From a virus: 64,000 bases of DNA. The translations under genes and the position numbers were made by a program. The notes under the pieces are model-generated. The model made no database searches, was not told the origin of the DNA, and saw only the letters and a list, made by a program, of their open reading frames with translations. The DNA is taken from IMG/VR virus record IMGVR_UViG_3300023174_006147, positions 20,475 to 84,474 of that record. One strand, written 5' to 3'. Shown one piece after another: positions 1 to 10,500 of the stretch. The first letter of the stretch is position 1. Every line of letters begins with the position of its first letter.

Positions 1-154
1 GAGCCATTCAAGAGTATCTCCCTCTTGCCAGCCTACGCTTTCGAGTAAGCCGTCAGGAAAGGGAAGAACAATATCTTCTCCATCTTCTATTACTGTTACT
101 GTCCATGTTGTAGTATTTGTCATGTTGCAATTATAGCAACATTATTGTAGTGTG

Positions 155-364
155 TCAAGTGAACCTGGCTACGACGATTACGCCATAGCGATACATTTCG
201 GTTATACATCCGATTCTTTGTGTGACCAAATTTACCAATGAGATCATTTTAGGGCTATTACCGCATATAATTGTAAGTGGAAAACTTCCCTGGTTTAATA
301 GGATGAAGTTTTCCACTATCATATCTACATCTTGGTGTTTAACGCCATGAAGGTCAAGCTTCAT
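155..364 (-). CDS. Small Smr-like domain protein
   Basis: LDLHG start motif and IICG motif, typical of the Smr fold. Confidence 0.55.
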   Translation of the reverse strand: MKLDLHGVKHQDVDMIVENFILLNQGSFPLTIICGNSPKMISLVNLVTQRIGCITEMYRYGVIVVARFT

Positions 365-366
365 TT

Positions 367-678
367 TTATAGCTTGTTGAAATCATTTTTAATGTCATTA
401 ATAGCCTTGCCAGCTTCTATTAATTGTTCTATTTCCGTCTGACGATATGTCAGCATTAATTTAACAGTGCGCATTACCCAAAACCACCATGCACTGGTTA
501 GTAAGATTCCCAAACTCGCAACAATCCATTCGGAATTATAATATGAAATATCATTCCATTTATAGATAATAATTAAAATTATTAATGAGACAATTCCACT
601 TGATCTGATCCAAAACTGATACTCGCTGTTCAGTTTTTTAAGAGTGAGGAGTATGTATTCTGGTGACATTTTTTTCAT
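367..678 (-). CDS. Membrane protein, 2 TM
   Basis: Two hydrophobic segments; SD GGAGG upstream. Confidence 0.6.
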   Translation of the reverse strand: MKKMSPEYILLTLKKLNSEYQFWIRSSGIVSLIILIIIYKWNDISYYNSEWIVASLGILLTSAWWFWVMRTVKLMLTYRQTEIEQLIEAGKAINDIKNDFNKL

Positions 679-747
679 ATCGCACCTCCTACTAGTTTCT
701 CAATAGTAATTATCTTGAGTTTATATATTATTAACTTGATATAGATT

Positions 748-1350
748 TTAAGACCTTTTATTGACAACCTGGTCAATCAATCCATAATCAAGCGCCTCTT
801 GGGAATTCATAAAGGTGTCACGATCCATATCTCGCTCAAATTCTTCGTATGTTTTTCCCTTTGAATTGTGATTAACATAAATTTGAGTAAGCTCTTGCTT
901 CATTTTAGTGATTTCTTTGTATTGTATCTCAATATCACTCTGCATGCCACTTGCACCTCCTGATGGTTGGTGGATCATGTGCCGTGCATAAGGCAACATA
1001 AATCTTTTGCCAGGAGCTCCGGCTTGTGCAAGTAGGGATCCCATTGAACATGCTTGGCCCATGACATATGTTGCAACATCTGGTCCAATAAATTGCATAG
1101 TGTCATAAATGCTCATTCCCGCAGTGACAACGCCACCCGGTGAGTTAATATAAAAGTTAATATCTCTACTACTGTCCTCGCTCTCGAGGTGAAGTAACTG
1201 TGCAACAATTAGGTTTGCGCTATAATCATCTACGGGCCCATTAAGGAATATAATTCTGTTATTGAGAAGCCTGCTATAAATGTCAAATGCACGTTCGCCT
1301 GTGCTGGTCTTTTCAATAACCATTGGTACTAGACTGTTATTCATATTCAT
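748..1350 (-). CDS. clpP: ATP-dependent Clp protease proteolytic subunit
   Basis: DIYSRLL, YINSPGG, ACSMG catalytic Ser, MIHQP. Confidence 0.97.
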   Translation of the reverse strand: MNMNNSLVPMVIEKTSTGERAFDIYSRLLNNRIIFLNGPVDDYSANLIVAQLLHLESEDSSRDINFYINSPGGVVTAGMSIYDTMQFIGPDVATYVMGQACSMGSLLAQAGAPGKRFMLPYARHMIHQPSGGASGMQSDIEIQYKEITKMKQELTQIYVNHNSKGKTYEEFERDMDRDTFMNSQEALDYGLIDQVVNKRS

Positions 1351-1353
1351 TCC

Positions 1354-1728
1354 TTATACTAGATTTGCTAACATTTTATATTGTTCCCACGCTTTTTTGA
1401 CAGCAGGATTCTCATCTTTTACTTCATTGGTAAGAATTAAATCATACCAAATTTCTCTTGACCTGCTTGCGTATGCACCAAACTGTCGAGGCTGATGTAT
1501 TTGGCCATTGTCATACATTCGTTTAGTTAACTCATGAAATTCCTGTTCACGATCTACATATCCTGACCATTCTCGCATTGTAGTATATCCGAGCCAGATT
1601 CCTTGCCATTGCTTGTCATCATGTGGGTTAAAATCAGTTCGTGTAACGATTACCATTACATCTTCTTCGTCAACTTTGCCATCGATGATATCGAGAATGC
1701 AACGGCTATATGACGTTCCAATTTTCAT
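1354..1728 (-). CDS. Hypothetical phage protein
   Basis: Tightly packed ORF with ATGA overlap. Confidence 0.7.
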   Translation of the reverse strand: MKIGTSYSRCILDIIDGKVDEEDVMVIVTRTDFNPHDDKQWQGIWLGYTTMREWSGYVDREQEFHELTKRMYDNGQIHQPRQFGAYASRSREIWYDLILTNEVKDENPAVKKAWEQYKMLANLV

Positions 1729-2966
1729 TTGTATGCCTTTAAAATCATAACTTCGGAGTTGATGCGTCCGTTCATTGTTGTGCCGATTGTTTTAATACCG
1801 TCAAACCAGGTCTGTGTTCGTTTTTGTGTACCAATCGCTTTCAATTCTTTAATTTGAATTTCTGGCTTACGCAATGTCTTTTGAATACTCGTCCTTTCAT
1901 CAAATCCGATAATGGTTGATCCTTTGACCGCCAGTACCTGTGCTCCTTTATCTGCATAGTACACGCCGATTTTTCGAGTTTTCGTGTTAAGTACTACTAC
2001 AGTAGATGCGCCAATAATCTGAGAAGGAGGAACACTAGCAACACCGTACCGATCATCAGTTGCTTTAAACTTGATATTCTTAGTTTGATCTTCTGGACTT
2101 TTTACCTTGATTTTACGAGGCAATCGTGTGATTTTAGCCTCGCCTGCAATTTGATCACATGCGTTAGTAATTTGTGTCAGAAAGTCGTGAAACTTCTTGA
2201 TGTTCTTCTTGCCATAAACTGTATAGCCTTCCATCAAATCCTTGGGACAATCTGAACTTATAAGTTGTGTATATTCTTCTAGATCCTTGGTGTAAAGACT
2301 TTTAATCAACCGTGCATGGCCTGCTTTGGTTTGTTTACCTCGTAATGTTGCCGCAATCTTGTAAGATGCAGGATCAAATGCCTCGGGATCAATAATGTAT
2401 GAATCAATTGCTTCTTCGATAAACTCGGACATTTCATGCGCGACTTCTCTCATACGTTCTTGAATTGAAGGAACATACACGTTCTTTTTCTTTTCAGTAC
2501 TGGATTCTTTGATTACCATGCTATTGCCTCGTTCGATTGAATGAGCAATGTGCAATTTAATAAATTCTGAATGAGGCTTTACAATGCCAGATGTGCCAGG
2601 CAAAGATTCCCAATATGCAGCATATGCAGCATTGTAGTCAGGCATTCCGTCTCGAAGAAGCTTGCAAGTAATTCCTACAGACATGCTAATACCATACGCC
2701 TTAGCAGCTTTGATATCGTTCGTAGTATATTCTTGAGTCCTCATCCATTCCCATACATCCGGTTCAAGATCGGCAGGTTGATAGTTTTCATAATAAAAAT
2801 CACGCGCCTTCTGTTGATTTTTCATGTAATCACTAGGAGACCAGGATTCCCATCCATCAAAGCTAGGTCCAATCTTTTTACCATTGCGGCGAGCAACTGG
2901 TAATTTTGCAGTTTTCTTTTTGCGTACAGTAAGGCCTTTTGGTGCTGATTTGGCTCTGAGTGCCAT
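1725..2966 (-). CDS. Hypothetical phage protein, 413 aa
   Basis: Long ORF with SD AAGGA. Confidence 0.8.
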   Translation of the reverse strand: MALRAKSAPKGLTVRKKKTAKLPVARRNGKKIGPSFDGWESWSPSDYMKNQQKARDFYYENYQPADLEPDVWEWMRTQEYTTNDIKAAKAYGISMSVGITCKLLRDGMPDYNAAYAAYWESLPGTSGIVKPHSEFIKLHIAHSIERGNSMVIKESSTEKKKNVYVPSIQERMREVAHEMSEFIEEAIDSYIIDPEAFDPASYKIAATLRGKQTKAGHARLIKSLYTKDLEEYTQLISSDCPKDLMEGYTVYGKKNIKKFHDFLTQITNACDQIAGEAKITRLPRKIKVKSPEDQTKNIKFKATDDRYGVASVPPSQIIGASTVVVLNTKTRKIGVYYADKGAQVLAVKGSTIIGFDERTSIQKTLRKPEIQIKELKAIGTQKRTQTWFDGIKTIGTTMNGRINSEVMILKAYK

Positions 2967-3007
2967 GATTTATCCTTTAAATTAAATGATTTTCTATTAT
3001 ATTACAA

Positions 3008-3496
3008 TCAATCTGTGATGTCAATAGTTGCAATTGTCCAACCTAGTTGCTTAAAGTCTTCTTTGATTTCGCCTGTTACTATACCTTCGTCGCCTGTACA
3101 ATACCAATCAATATAGTCACCTTCTTGGCGCATGTGCGCAATAATGCCACCTGCATATCTCCAACTACATGACCATTTTCTTTCTTTAAGAATAGACCAT
3201 AGATCTAATTTTATAAAATCATTGTTGCATAATGCGGCATACAAATCTTTTGCATAACTATCAGAATTGCGAACTTTTTCTAAAATCCACTGAGTAGAAC
3301 GGAGATCATATTCTAAACTATATTCTCTCCATTCCGATGTGCTTTCTTTAATAATTTGCCTAGTATGAATGTCTTTATACATTTGAATAATAGAATCGTC
3401 TACTGGTAAATCCCGTTCTTGTTGATTTTTAATGTAACAATCTAATTGAAATGTATCTCTGTCCGGACTAGTACTGATATCCAGGTTCTTCGTCAT
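3008..3496 (-). CDS. Hypothetical protein (SWRYAGG...YIDWYC motif)
   Basis: Start moved to MTKNLD to limit overlap with the upstream ORF. Confidence 0.7.
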   Translation of the reverse strand: MTKNLDISTSPDRDTFQLDCYIKNQQERDLPVDDSIIQMYKDIHTRQIIKESTSEWREYSLEYDLRSTQWILEKVRNSDSYAKDLYAALCNNDFIKLDLWSILKERKWSCSWRYAGGIIAHMRQEGDYIDWYCTGDEGIVTGEIKEDFKQLGWTIATIDITD

Positions 3497-4148
3497 AATC
3501 TTCTGGACCTTCGTAAATTTCAGTTTCATTATCTTTGAGAACTTTGATAAACGTGAATATAACATCTTCACTCTCGACATAAAACCCACCATCGTCTTCA
3601 AGGTCATCTCCGTTATAAGAAATTCCGGAAAATAGATACCATCCTTCGATCTCACTATACATAATAGAAAGTTTTGATGGATCAAACGGCGCTTTAAGGT
3701 CTATCTCCTTTTCAAAGAATGTGCCCTTCATGTCACTTTGACCGTAAAATACCGTTGTTTCTGGAGAAAGGTCCTCAACCATGCACTCATTGACACAGTC
3801 AACATTGCATCCAGCTTCTTCAAGGACATCTGGAGACATCGTGCTTGACCAAATAGTTTCACCTTCAGAATTTCTAACTTCTATAAATGATTTTTCATCC
3901 ATTTCTGCACCGTGCTCGTGTGCAATGTCATTGCATTCAAGCCAATTGTGTGGAGCATACGGCTGAAACTCAGTAGGAACGCTTACTGCGTGAATATCAT
4001 ATGAATACTCAAAAATATCAATTGAGTTGTTCTTGAAGTGTTCATATGTTCCAGGTGAAATAGTTCCTATAACTACTTCGCCTCCGTTTCCATGTATAGT
4101 AATAGTATGAATTTTAGAAGATTCTACTTGTGCTTCATGAGTTGTCAT
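3468..4148 (-). CDS. Acidic hypothetical protein
   Basis: ORF in operon. Confidence 0.7.
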   Translation of the reverse strand: MTTHEAQVESSKIHTITIHGNGGEVVIGTISPGTYEHFKNNSIDIFEYSYDIHAVSVPTEFQPYAPHNWLECNDIAHEHGAEMDEKSFIEVRNSEGETIWSSTMSPDVLEEAGCNVDCVNECMVEDLSPETTVFYGQSDMKGTFFEKEIDLKAPFDPSKLSIMYSEIEGWYLFSGISYNGDDLEDDGGFYVESEDVIFTFIKVLKDNETEIYEGPEDYDEEPGYQY

Positions 4149-4152
4149 TTCT

Positions 4153-4512
4153 TTACCTTTCGTTACGGTGCAAAATTAATGTCTTTAATTCTTCAAATGG
4201 AACAATTTTCCAATCGGTATTGGATGCAATTCCGCCCCTATCTGTTACCAGAAATACATGATCTGGAAATCTAGACTTTATTACGGAAATAACTTCATCG
4301 TCATTTTTACCCTGTGCTAAAAACAATGACTTATCAATATCAAACCAATAATCAATACCATCAATTTTTTCTATGCTCACTGAATGAACAATGTTGTTAA
4401 GATAATCAATTAATTGAGTTTTTCTAGTACTATTGGCCGTATGATACAAGTGCCTGATATAAAATACTATGAGAACTATAATAGCGCAAGTTATAAATGT
4501 CATCAAGTCCAT
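4153..4512 (-). CDS. Hypothetical protein with N-terminal TM anchor
   Basis: ORF with hydrophobic N-terminus. Confidence 0.65.
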   Translation of the reverse strand: MDLMTFITCAIIVLIVFYIRHLYHTANSTRKTQLIDYLNNIVHSVSIEKIDGIDYWFDIDKSLFLAQGKNDDEVISVIKSRFPDHVFLVTDRGGIASNTDWKIVPFEELKTLILHRNER

Positions 4513-5318
4513 AGGCCATTCCTCACTTTGATTAATCTGATCATCATTTCTTCGTCTTCTGCTTCATATTTTGCTTCAAGGTCATGCAGTGTATTTAAAA
4601 GCCTGCGAGATTCTTCCTTATTCTCCAGCGGATCGGTTTCGAGAACGTCAATACCGCGCTTACGCTTTTCATCGCAGTATGCACTCCAACCGCTTACATC
4701 GTAGGGATCCGGACGGTTAGGATAGACTTCAGTCCACCAAAGGTAAAGCGCCTTGATTTCCATTGCCTGCAAGGCTTGACGTGTAGGCTTACCGTAGTTA
4801 GGATCGTCTTCGCTGACCCATTCTTCGTTGTGGGTAAGGCTAGCAGCCCAATCAAGGTGTGCGAGTCCTGCTTCACGACTGCGCCATGTACGCCAGCCCT
4901 GACGACGGAGCCATGAAGTTTTGTATTTTTTACTGGCTTTCTCGTCCCAAACAACATTCATCCAGGCGGTTTCGATTTCAACAAAGTCAACCAACTCATT
5001 AAATAGGCAAGGAAGGAATCTATCCCCCACATCACGCCAACTACCAGGACAAATATCCCGGCGATGAGCAGTAAGAGCATGGCTCCTAGTAATAAACCGA
5101 TTGTTAATATAATATCGAACACTGCGAATTTTATCCGGGACATACATGTAAACATCTTGTAAATAATCTAACCCCTCTTCTGCAATCCACCATCGAATAG
5201 GATGTGCTGCCTTAGCCTTGATTTTCCATTCTTTCCAATCGTCGCCTGTGCCCCATTTAGGCTTGGCGGTGCCACGAAGCCAGTCAGCAAACGGACCACA
5301 TGTCCAATAATTTCTCAT
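4503..5318 (-). CDS. Trp-rich hypothetical phage protein
   Basis: Long ORF overlapping neighbours in operon style. Confidence 0.75.
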   Translation of the reverse strand: MRNYWTCGPFADWLRGTAKPKWGTGDDWKEWKIKAKAAHPIRWWIAEEGLDYLQDVYMYVPDKIRSVRYYINNRFITRSHALTAHRRDICPGSWRDVGDRFLPCLFNELVDFVEIETAWMNVVWDEKASKKYKTSWLRRQGWRTWRSREAGLAHLDWAASLTHNEEWVSEDDPNYGKPTRQALQAMEIKALYLWWTEVYPNRPDPYDVSGWSAYCDEKRKRGIDVLETDPLENKEESRRLLNTLHDLEAKYEAEDEEMMIRLIKVRNGLWT

Positions 5319-5644
5319 CGTTTAAACTCCTTGATATCGGTGATTGCTCGTTTAAGTGCCTCTGCGTAATTCAGTGCCTGCTGCTCACGCATAATGAGTG
5401 CAACATTATATTTAATAGTACCTTTTGTTAAAAGTTGCCAAATCAACTTCCAACGAGAAATTCTCCACGAGGGAGTTTCCGCAGTTGTCCAAATTTCTAC
5501 AGTAACTCCAAAATCTTCGTCAGCTGATACATCTACGGTATGTGCATGGTTAGGATCAGTGCATTCACATTCAACGTGGTAGGTTTTAGCATTACCCCAA
5601 TCTCGTTGGAGTAAAATACCTTCTGCCGGTAATTGCGAGTTCAT
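5315..5644 (-). CDS. Hypothetical protein (CxC...H motif)
   Basis: Start at MNSQLP after SD AAGGA. Confidence 0.65.
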   Translation of the reverse strand: MNSQLPAEGILLQRDWGNAKTYHVECECTDPNHAHTVDVSADEDFGVTVEIWTTAETPSWRISRWKLIWQLLTKGTIKYNVALIMREQQALNYAEALKRAITDIKEFKR

Positions 5645-5654
5645 CGTGGATTCC

Positions 5655-5864
5655 TTAATTGATTGTTTTAGGAGACTTGTTAAAAATTTCTCTAATCTCT
5701 TCTGCCTCGTCATCTTCAATGATTTCGACATTATCATCATTCAATTTGCTCAAAAAGCCATCACTACTGAGCAATTCTGTGATCTTGGCAACAAATGCAT
5801 CCAGTTCCGACTGGGTACCTTCAAAATCATCAAATGATCCTGGCTCAAATATAATTTTAGTCAT
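5655..5864 (-). CDS. Small acidic hypothetical protein
   Basis: ORF in operon. Confidence 0.6.
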   Translation of the reverse strand: MTKIIFEPGSFDDFEGTQSELDAFVAKITELLSSDGFLSKLNDDNVEIIEDDEAEEIREIFNKSPKTIN

Positions 5865-5866
5865 TA

Positions 5867-6406
5867 TTAAAAACTCCCACTACGCATTAAGTATAACATA
5901 TGATTATATATCCTAAAAGTATTTTCTGCATCCGTTTGTGCATCGTGTGCTTCACCTTGGAATTTTAGACCAAATCGTTTCATGGTAGTACTAAGTCCGC
6001 CACTGAGTACTCGATCCTCGCGAACGATCATTCTGGTCACTGCAACAGTTTTTGCATCAATCCACCTACGCCCAAAACACCAATCAGTGCGAACAGTAGG
6101 ATCAAGTTGATCAAATAACTCTTGACTATCAGCACCACCCCATGTCACTGGATTAATAAAGTCCGCATTTTTGTGAAAATCTTTTAATTGAATGTATGCT
6201 TCTTCTAAACTTAGACCATTATCAACTTGCTCTTGTGAGATTTTACACAAATTTATAATATCTGGATTAAGGAGCTCATTGGGATTTACATAAATTCGAA
6301 GTCGCCCAGAAATAACTCCAGAACTGGTGTCGCCAATAACTGCACCAATTTGAATTATCTTGCCACTTGGCTGATTCATTTCAAGGTCTAGACAGGTTAG
6401 TTTCAT
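5867..6406 (-). CDS. DEDDh 3'-5' exonuclease
   Basis: LDLEM ExoI, WGGAD ExoII, HDAQTDA ExoIII motifs. Confidence 0.88.
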   Translation of the reverse strand: MKLTCLDLEMNQPSGKIIQIGAVIGDTSSGVISGRLRIYVNPNELLNPDIINLCKISQEQVDNGLSLEEAYIQLKDFHKNADFINPVTWGGADSQELFDQLDPTVRTDWCFGRRWIDAKTVAVTRMIVREDRVLSGGLSTTMKRFGLKFQGEAHDAQTDAENTFRIYNHMLYLMRSGSF

Positions 6407-6442
6407 CTAGGTATTTTAACAACTAATGTATTGTAAGTCAAG

Positions 6443-6772
6443 CTATTTCCATTTAAGATAATACATGGTCTTTGTAGGTTCAGCAAACGTTGCTACGATT
6501 TTGAATTGTTCTCCATTGCGATCATATTCTTTATAGCTATTGTACCATAGGTCATTATATGAGTTTTCTAGAACCCATTTACCTTTGTCAGAATTTAGAA
6601 ACATGTTAAACATTTCTGCAATATGATTGAGAGAATTAAAATTTCTAATATCATCAGGAACAAAGAACTGGTAGACAACGCATTGACTTAATTTAATTAG
6701 TCGGTTGTCTACCAGTTTATATTCTTTGAATTCACTTGCATTACGCCAATGTATTAGCGATTTTTCTTCCAT
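6443..6772 (-). CDS. Hypothetical protein
   Basis: ORF. Confidence 0.6.
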   Translation of the reverse strand: MEEKSLIHWRNASEFKEYKLVDNRLIKLSQCVVYQFFVPDDIRNFNSLNHIAEMFNMFLNSDKGKWVLENSYNDLWYNSYKEYDRNGEQFKIVATFAEPTKTMYYLKWK

Positions 6773-7185
6773 TAAGATGATTTTTTCTTCTTACGATAAT
6801 AGTGTTTTTTATTATTTTTAGGAAGAACTGTAGTCGAAGTGTTTGCAGATTTGGTAGTATTTGAATCATGCCATTCCTCAAATTGAGGAATTGGCAATCC
6901 TACTTTTCGCAGAAAACGATTAGCGCCTACTAATCCCTCTCTACGAAAAAGTGCAATTGGTCCCTGAGAATCTGGACTAATTTGCGCAAATTCTCTGACT
7001 TCATATACTGGATCGATTCCAGTTTGTACTTGAATTACATAAAATTCGTTGTCTGGACTATGCCCCTCATTGAGGTGTTCAAAGTCGATAATCTCAACAA
7101 TACGACCTTTGGTGAGTTTTTTCTCTCCCATATGAATCCAGACTGTGTCTTTAATGTTATATTCTTTTTTTATAATATCAGGCAT
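6772..7185 (-). CDS. Hypothetical protein (SH3/KOW-like N-terminus, basic tail)
   Basis: ORF. Confidence 0.6.
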   Translation of the reverse strand: MPDIIKKEYNIKDTVWIHMGEKKLTKGRIVEIIDFEHLNEGHSPDNEFYVIQVQTGIDPVYEVREFAQISPDSQGPIALFRREGLVGANRFLRKVGLPIPQFEEWHDSNTTKSANTSTTVLPKNNKKHYYRKKKKSS

Positions 7186-7345
7186 CGTCTAATACTTTCC
7201 CTTCGAGTAAATCTTTGACAAATTTTAGTGCTTTTTTTGTAGTATCAAACACGTATTCATCGTCCTCGTCGATGGTGCGCAAAGCAATAACGACGCCATT
7301 TTTGACTTTACGCAACTCGACTGATTCAAACTCCATATAGGATCC

Positions 7346-8068
7346 TTATTGTGGAACTGATAAATTATAATTAAAGTGAAAAATTCCAATATGTGAAATT
7401 TCTTTGCTTAACTCGTGGTCACACCACACTTGGAATCCATTTTCTCTGGCTTTCCTGCAGAAATAAATGTCTTCTCCAATTTCAAGATTCATATCTGGTA
7501 CAAAGTCCTGAATATAATGAGGCTGTGGAATTTTTTCATATACTGAGCGATGCACCAAAACACATCCGTGTGGAAGCACATCAACGTCTTGCATTGCGGG
7601 GCTATTGTCGTCGGTAATCAGTTCTTGGAAGTTGCCAGGCTGACCCATCATTCCAGTAAATCCTGGATTTGGAAATCTACGGCGACGATAATTAGCTCCA
7701 ACTAGTGGAACATTACGATTTAATAGACGAATTGGCGCGTCGATTGGAAACTTCATGTCTGAGTCTACCCACCATGCATAGTCAAAATCACTTTTCATAA
7801 AAATGTCAGTGAGGTTTCGTCTTGCAATTGTAATCACACTTCCGATATTAAATGCACAATTAATTTTAATTCCGTTTGCAACTAGATTGGCACATGCCAT
7901 GGCAAGATGCTGTGCAAACTCTGCGTTTACCATTTCCATTGCAGGAACCAGTATCATCACGCTAGGTTGTTTGTTATTCTGCGGTTGCATTACGGGATTA
8001 GGAGTGGCCGCTTGCGGAACTGGTGAAGCTTTGCGAGCGGGAATTTGTAGTTTGCCTTTGTTTTTCAT
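7346..8068 (-). CDS. GT-A fold glycosyltransferase
   Basis: ARRN, WVDSDM (DxD), GEDIYFC, HIG motifs. Confidence 0.8.
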   Translation of the reverse strand: MKNKGKLQIPARKASPVPQAATPNPVMQPQNNKQPSVMILVPAMEMVNAEFAQHLAMACANLVANGIKINCAFNIGSVITIARRNLTDIFMKSDFDYAWWVDSDMKFPIDAPIRLLNRNVPLVGANYRRRRFPNPGFTGMMGQPGNFQELITDDNSPAMQDVDVLPHGCVLVHRSVYEKIPQPHYIQDFVPDMNLEIGEDIYFCRKARENGFQVWCDHELSKEISHIGIFHFNYNLSVPQ

Positions 8069-8111
8069 GTTAGTCCTTTTTTAACATTCTATTATCTTAA
8101 ACCAAATCTGT

Positions 8112-8789
8112 CTATTTGTCAAGCTTTTTGTATACTTTTTTGAGTAATCGTCGTAAAATTGGCTGTGTTAAATCACTTCCAAACACATTAAAATATACCC
8201 AGAGATTTATGCTTTCTTTAATGGTTATTTTTGACGGTTGATTTAATTTTTCTAAAATTATTGCACTGTCATTCAATTCGGTTGCAATATTATGTGCATA
8301 TGCGTCAATTTCATCTGGATTTGCTAGATATTCAAATCCTTCATCGGAATAATATTGGCATCGATGATCTATTTCAATAAAATCTCTTGTTCTTGCCTGT
8401 TTCATATGAATCAGTTCATGAGCAAGTGCGTCTGATAAATTATTGACAAATCGTTTATAACAATCTTTGTCAAAAATTATACATGTTTCTCTGGGATGTG
8501 TTATCAAAACAATATCTATAGAAATTTTACATGCTTCATCTTCTTCAGAGTCATAGTATGCGTTTAAATTAACATCTCCTGGATCAACTTCTGGAGATGT
8601 GGCACAAAAAACGTTTACACTAAACCTGTTGGCAATAAATTCACCAATTTCTTTGACAAAATCATCGACCGCAAAAACTCGATTTATTGCCAGATCTTTG
8701 ATATCATTGAATACGTTATGTATAATTTCTCTTGTGGGAATTTTTACACGCTCATCAAATTTTGGTGCACAATTAAATCTAGTCGCCAT
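8112..8789 (-). CDS. HExxH metallopeptidase-like protein
   Basis: AHELIH followed by YLANPDEIDAYA. Confidence 0.65.
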   Translation of the reverse strand: MATRFNCAPKFDERVKIPTREIIHNVFNDIKDLAINRVFAVDDFVKEIGEFIANRFSVNVFCATSPEVDPGDVNLNAYYDSEEDEACKISIDIVLITHPRETCIIFDKDCYKRFVNNLSDALAHELIHMKQARTRDFIEIDHRCQYYSDEGFEYLANPDEIDAYAHNIATELNDSAIILEKLNQPSKITIKESINLWVYFNVFGSDLTQPILRRLLKKVYKKLDK

Positions 8790-9209
8790 TTAAAGTTTCT
8801 CTACAGATACATTAGACTTTTTTAAGAATTGAATTCCGGAGTCGTCTCTATATACCGTTTTATAATAAACGCTTTTGATACCAGATTGAAGAATCAATTT
8901 TGCACAATCAAGGCAAGGACTTAGCGTAATATAAAGATCCGCGTTCTCGCCTGATTCAGTGGATTTTGCTAATTTTGCAATACAGTTGCTTTCTGCGTGA
9001 AGTACTTCTGGTCGTGTTAGTAAAGAACCATCATCTAATTCAATTTCGCAGTTGTTATCCCATCCACTGGGCATTCCGTTCCACCCAGTTGATATAATTC
9101 TACCATTTTTGACAATAATAGATCCTACTTTACGCCTACGTGCATGACTTTCTTGTGCAACTCGTTCCGCAATATCAATATACAGAGAGTGCCGAGGTCT
9201 GTCGGTCAT
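8790..9209 (-). CDS. dCMP deaminase
   Basis: GWNG, HAE and SPCLDC motifs; start at MTDRPR because the upstream extension lies in a tRNA-like RNA. Confidence 0.9.
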   Translation of the reverse strand: MTDRPRHSLYIDIAERVAQESHARRRKVGSIIVKNGRIISTGWNGMPSGWDNNCEIELDDGSLLTRPEVLHAESNCIAKLAKSTESGENADLYITLSPCLDCAKLILQSGIKSVYYKTVYRDDSGIQFLKKSNVSVEKL

Positions 9210-9224
9210 TTTATACCTTTGTAA

Positions 9225-9328
9225 TGGTGCGGCCGGGAGGGCTTGAACCTCCAAGGACTGTGTCTAAGACGTTGTCCCATCCTCGTCCAGAAGGATCGAG
9301 AGCTTTGCCATAATTTGCTCACGGCCGC
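9225..9328 (-). ncRNA. Non-canonical Leu-like tRNA with aberrant anticodon arm and very long variable arm
   Basis: Acceptor GCGGCCG/CGGCCGC-ACCA, T arm GGAGG-TTCAAGC-CCTCC; no 7-nt anticodon loop. Confidence 0.7.
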
Positions 9329-9358
9329 ATATAATATATAATTATACAAAATTTTACT

Positions 9359-9730
9359 TTAATCCGCAACTGATTTTTGACTATCGCCTGGCATTACGCG
9401 ATAATTGTCTTCGACACTATCTGGAGTACTTACTTCAATGATTGTTCCTGCTTCGATACAAGTAACTCGGTGTGGAACTAATGGAGGAATGTGTTGTGTA
9501 TTGCCTTCGATCAGCGTAATTTTTCTTATACTAGCATCTTTTGTATCAATCATTTCGACTTCAAATACGCCACTTAGTACAAACCAAGTTTCATCTTTTT
9601 CACAGTGAAAGTGCATGGAAAATTTTGAACCTTTATTAAATTCCATCATTTTTCCGCAATACTTGTCGTTAGTTGCCCATATTAATTCATGGCCCCAACC
9701 TTTTTTTACAAAACCTTCTAACCGAGTCAT
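9359..9730 (-). CDS. Cupin (mannose-6-P isomerase-like)
   Basis: KGWG, SMHFH..KDETW, PH, EVST motifs. Confidence 0.85.
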   Translation of the reverse strand: MTRLEGFVKKGWGHELIWATNDKYCGKMMEFNKGSKFSMHFHCEKDETWFVLSGVFEVEMIDTKDASIRKITLIEGNTQHIPPLVPHRVTCIEAGTIIEVSTPDSVEDNYRVMPGDSQKSVAD

Positions 9731-10500
9731 TTTATTTCCTTTAATCTAGGTGCATATACTCCGGGATGTTGTACTGTGAGAGCACTAGCACGATTTGCAA
9801 AATCCATGGAGTCTGCTATGCTATTAGTATTTAAATAGCTGTAAACTATGGCAGCTAAAAATGTATCACCAGCACCGCACACGTCAACTACTTCGGTAGG
9901 AGCAGCAGCATAAATCTTTCCTTGGTATTCAGAACCACGATCTCCTAGTGTAGTGATAATATTACTACATATACTTGTAGCCGCTGCTCGTTCTTTTTCA
10001 TTTATTTTAACGTAGCAACCTTCAAAATATTCCAAATCTGTTTTTTTAGTGTCAACAAAAATAGGACCGGTGAATGTATCTCGTAAATCTCGTATTGAAG
10101 TATACCCTATAAATCCTTTGTTATAATCACTGATAACTATGGCATCAAAGTCATGTATATTACTGATTTTAGATTCAATGTATTCAATAGTCACCGGATC
10201 ACTGGCAACATCATCGTCTAATCTTAATAAATGTTGTCCTGACCTACTGTCGATCATTCTAGTTTTTTTACTGGAGTTTCCAGTAATACAAACAACATTG
10301 CAATTTAAATTTAATAGATTAATTTCTACATTACTTGCCATTCCTGGCAAAGTATATTCATGTGTAAATTTAAATACAGGAACAGGTGCTTCTGGACTAA
10401 TTCTGTCCACAACTCCGTACTTGTATACGTCTAAACACGTATCACCTAGAAGTAATATCCTGAATTTTTTTGGTTGTTGAAAAATGCTTAAGTCGCTCAT
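9727..10500 (-). CDS. PfkB-family kinase (RfaE/HldE kinase domain)
   Basis: RISPEAPVPV, ISDYNKG, DVCGAGD. Confidence 0.9.
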   Translation of the reverse strand: MSDLSIFQQPKKFRILLLGDTCLDVYKYGVVDRISPEAPVPVFKFTHEYTLPGMASNVEINLLNLNCNVVCITGNSSKKTRMIDSRSGQHLLRLDDDVASDPVTIEYIESKISNIHDFDAIVISDYNKGFIGYTSIRDLRDTFTGPIFVDTKKTDLEYFEGCYVKINEKERAAATSICSNIITTLGDRGSEYQGKIYAAAPTEVVDVCGAGDTFLAAIVYSYLNTNSIADSMDFANRASALTVQHPGVYAPRLKEIK

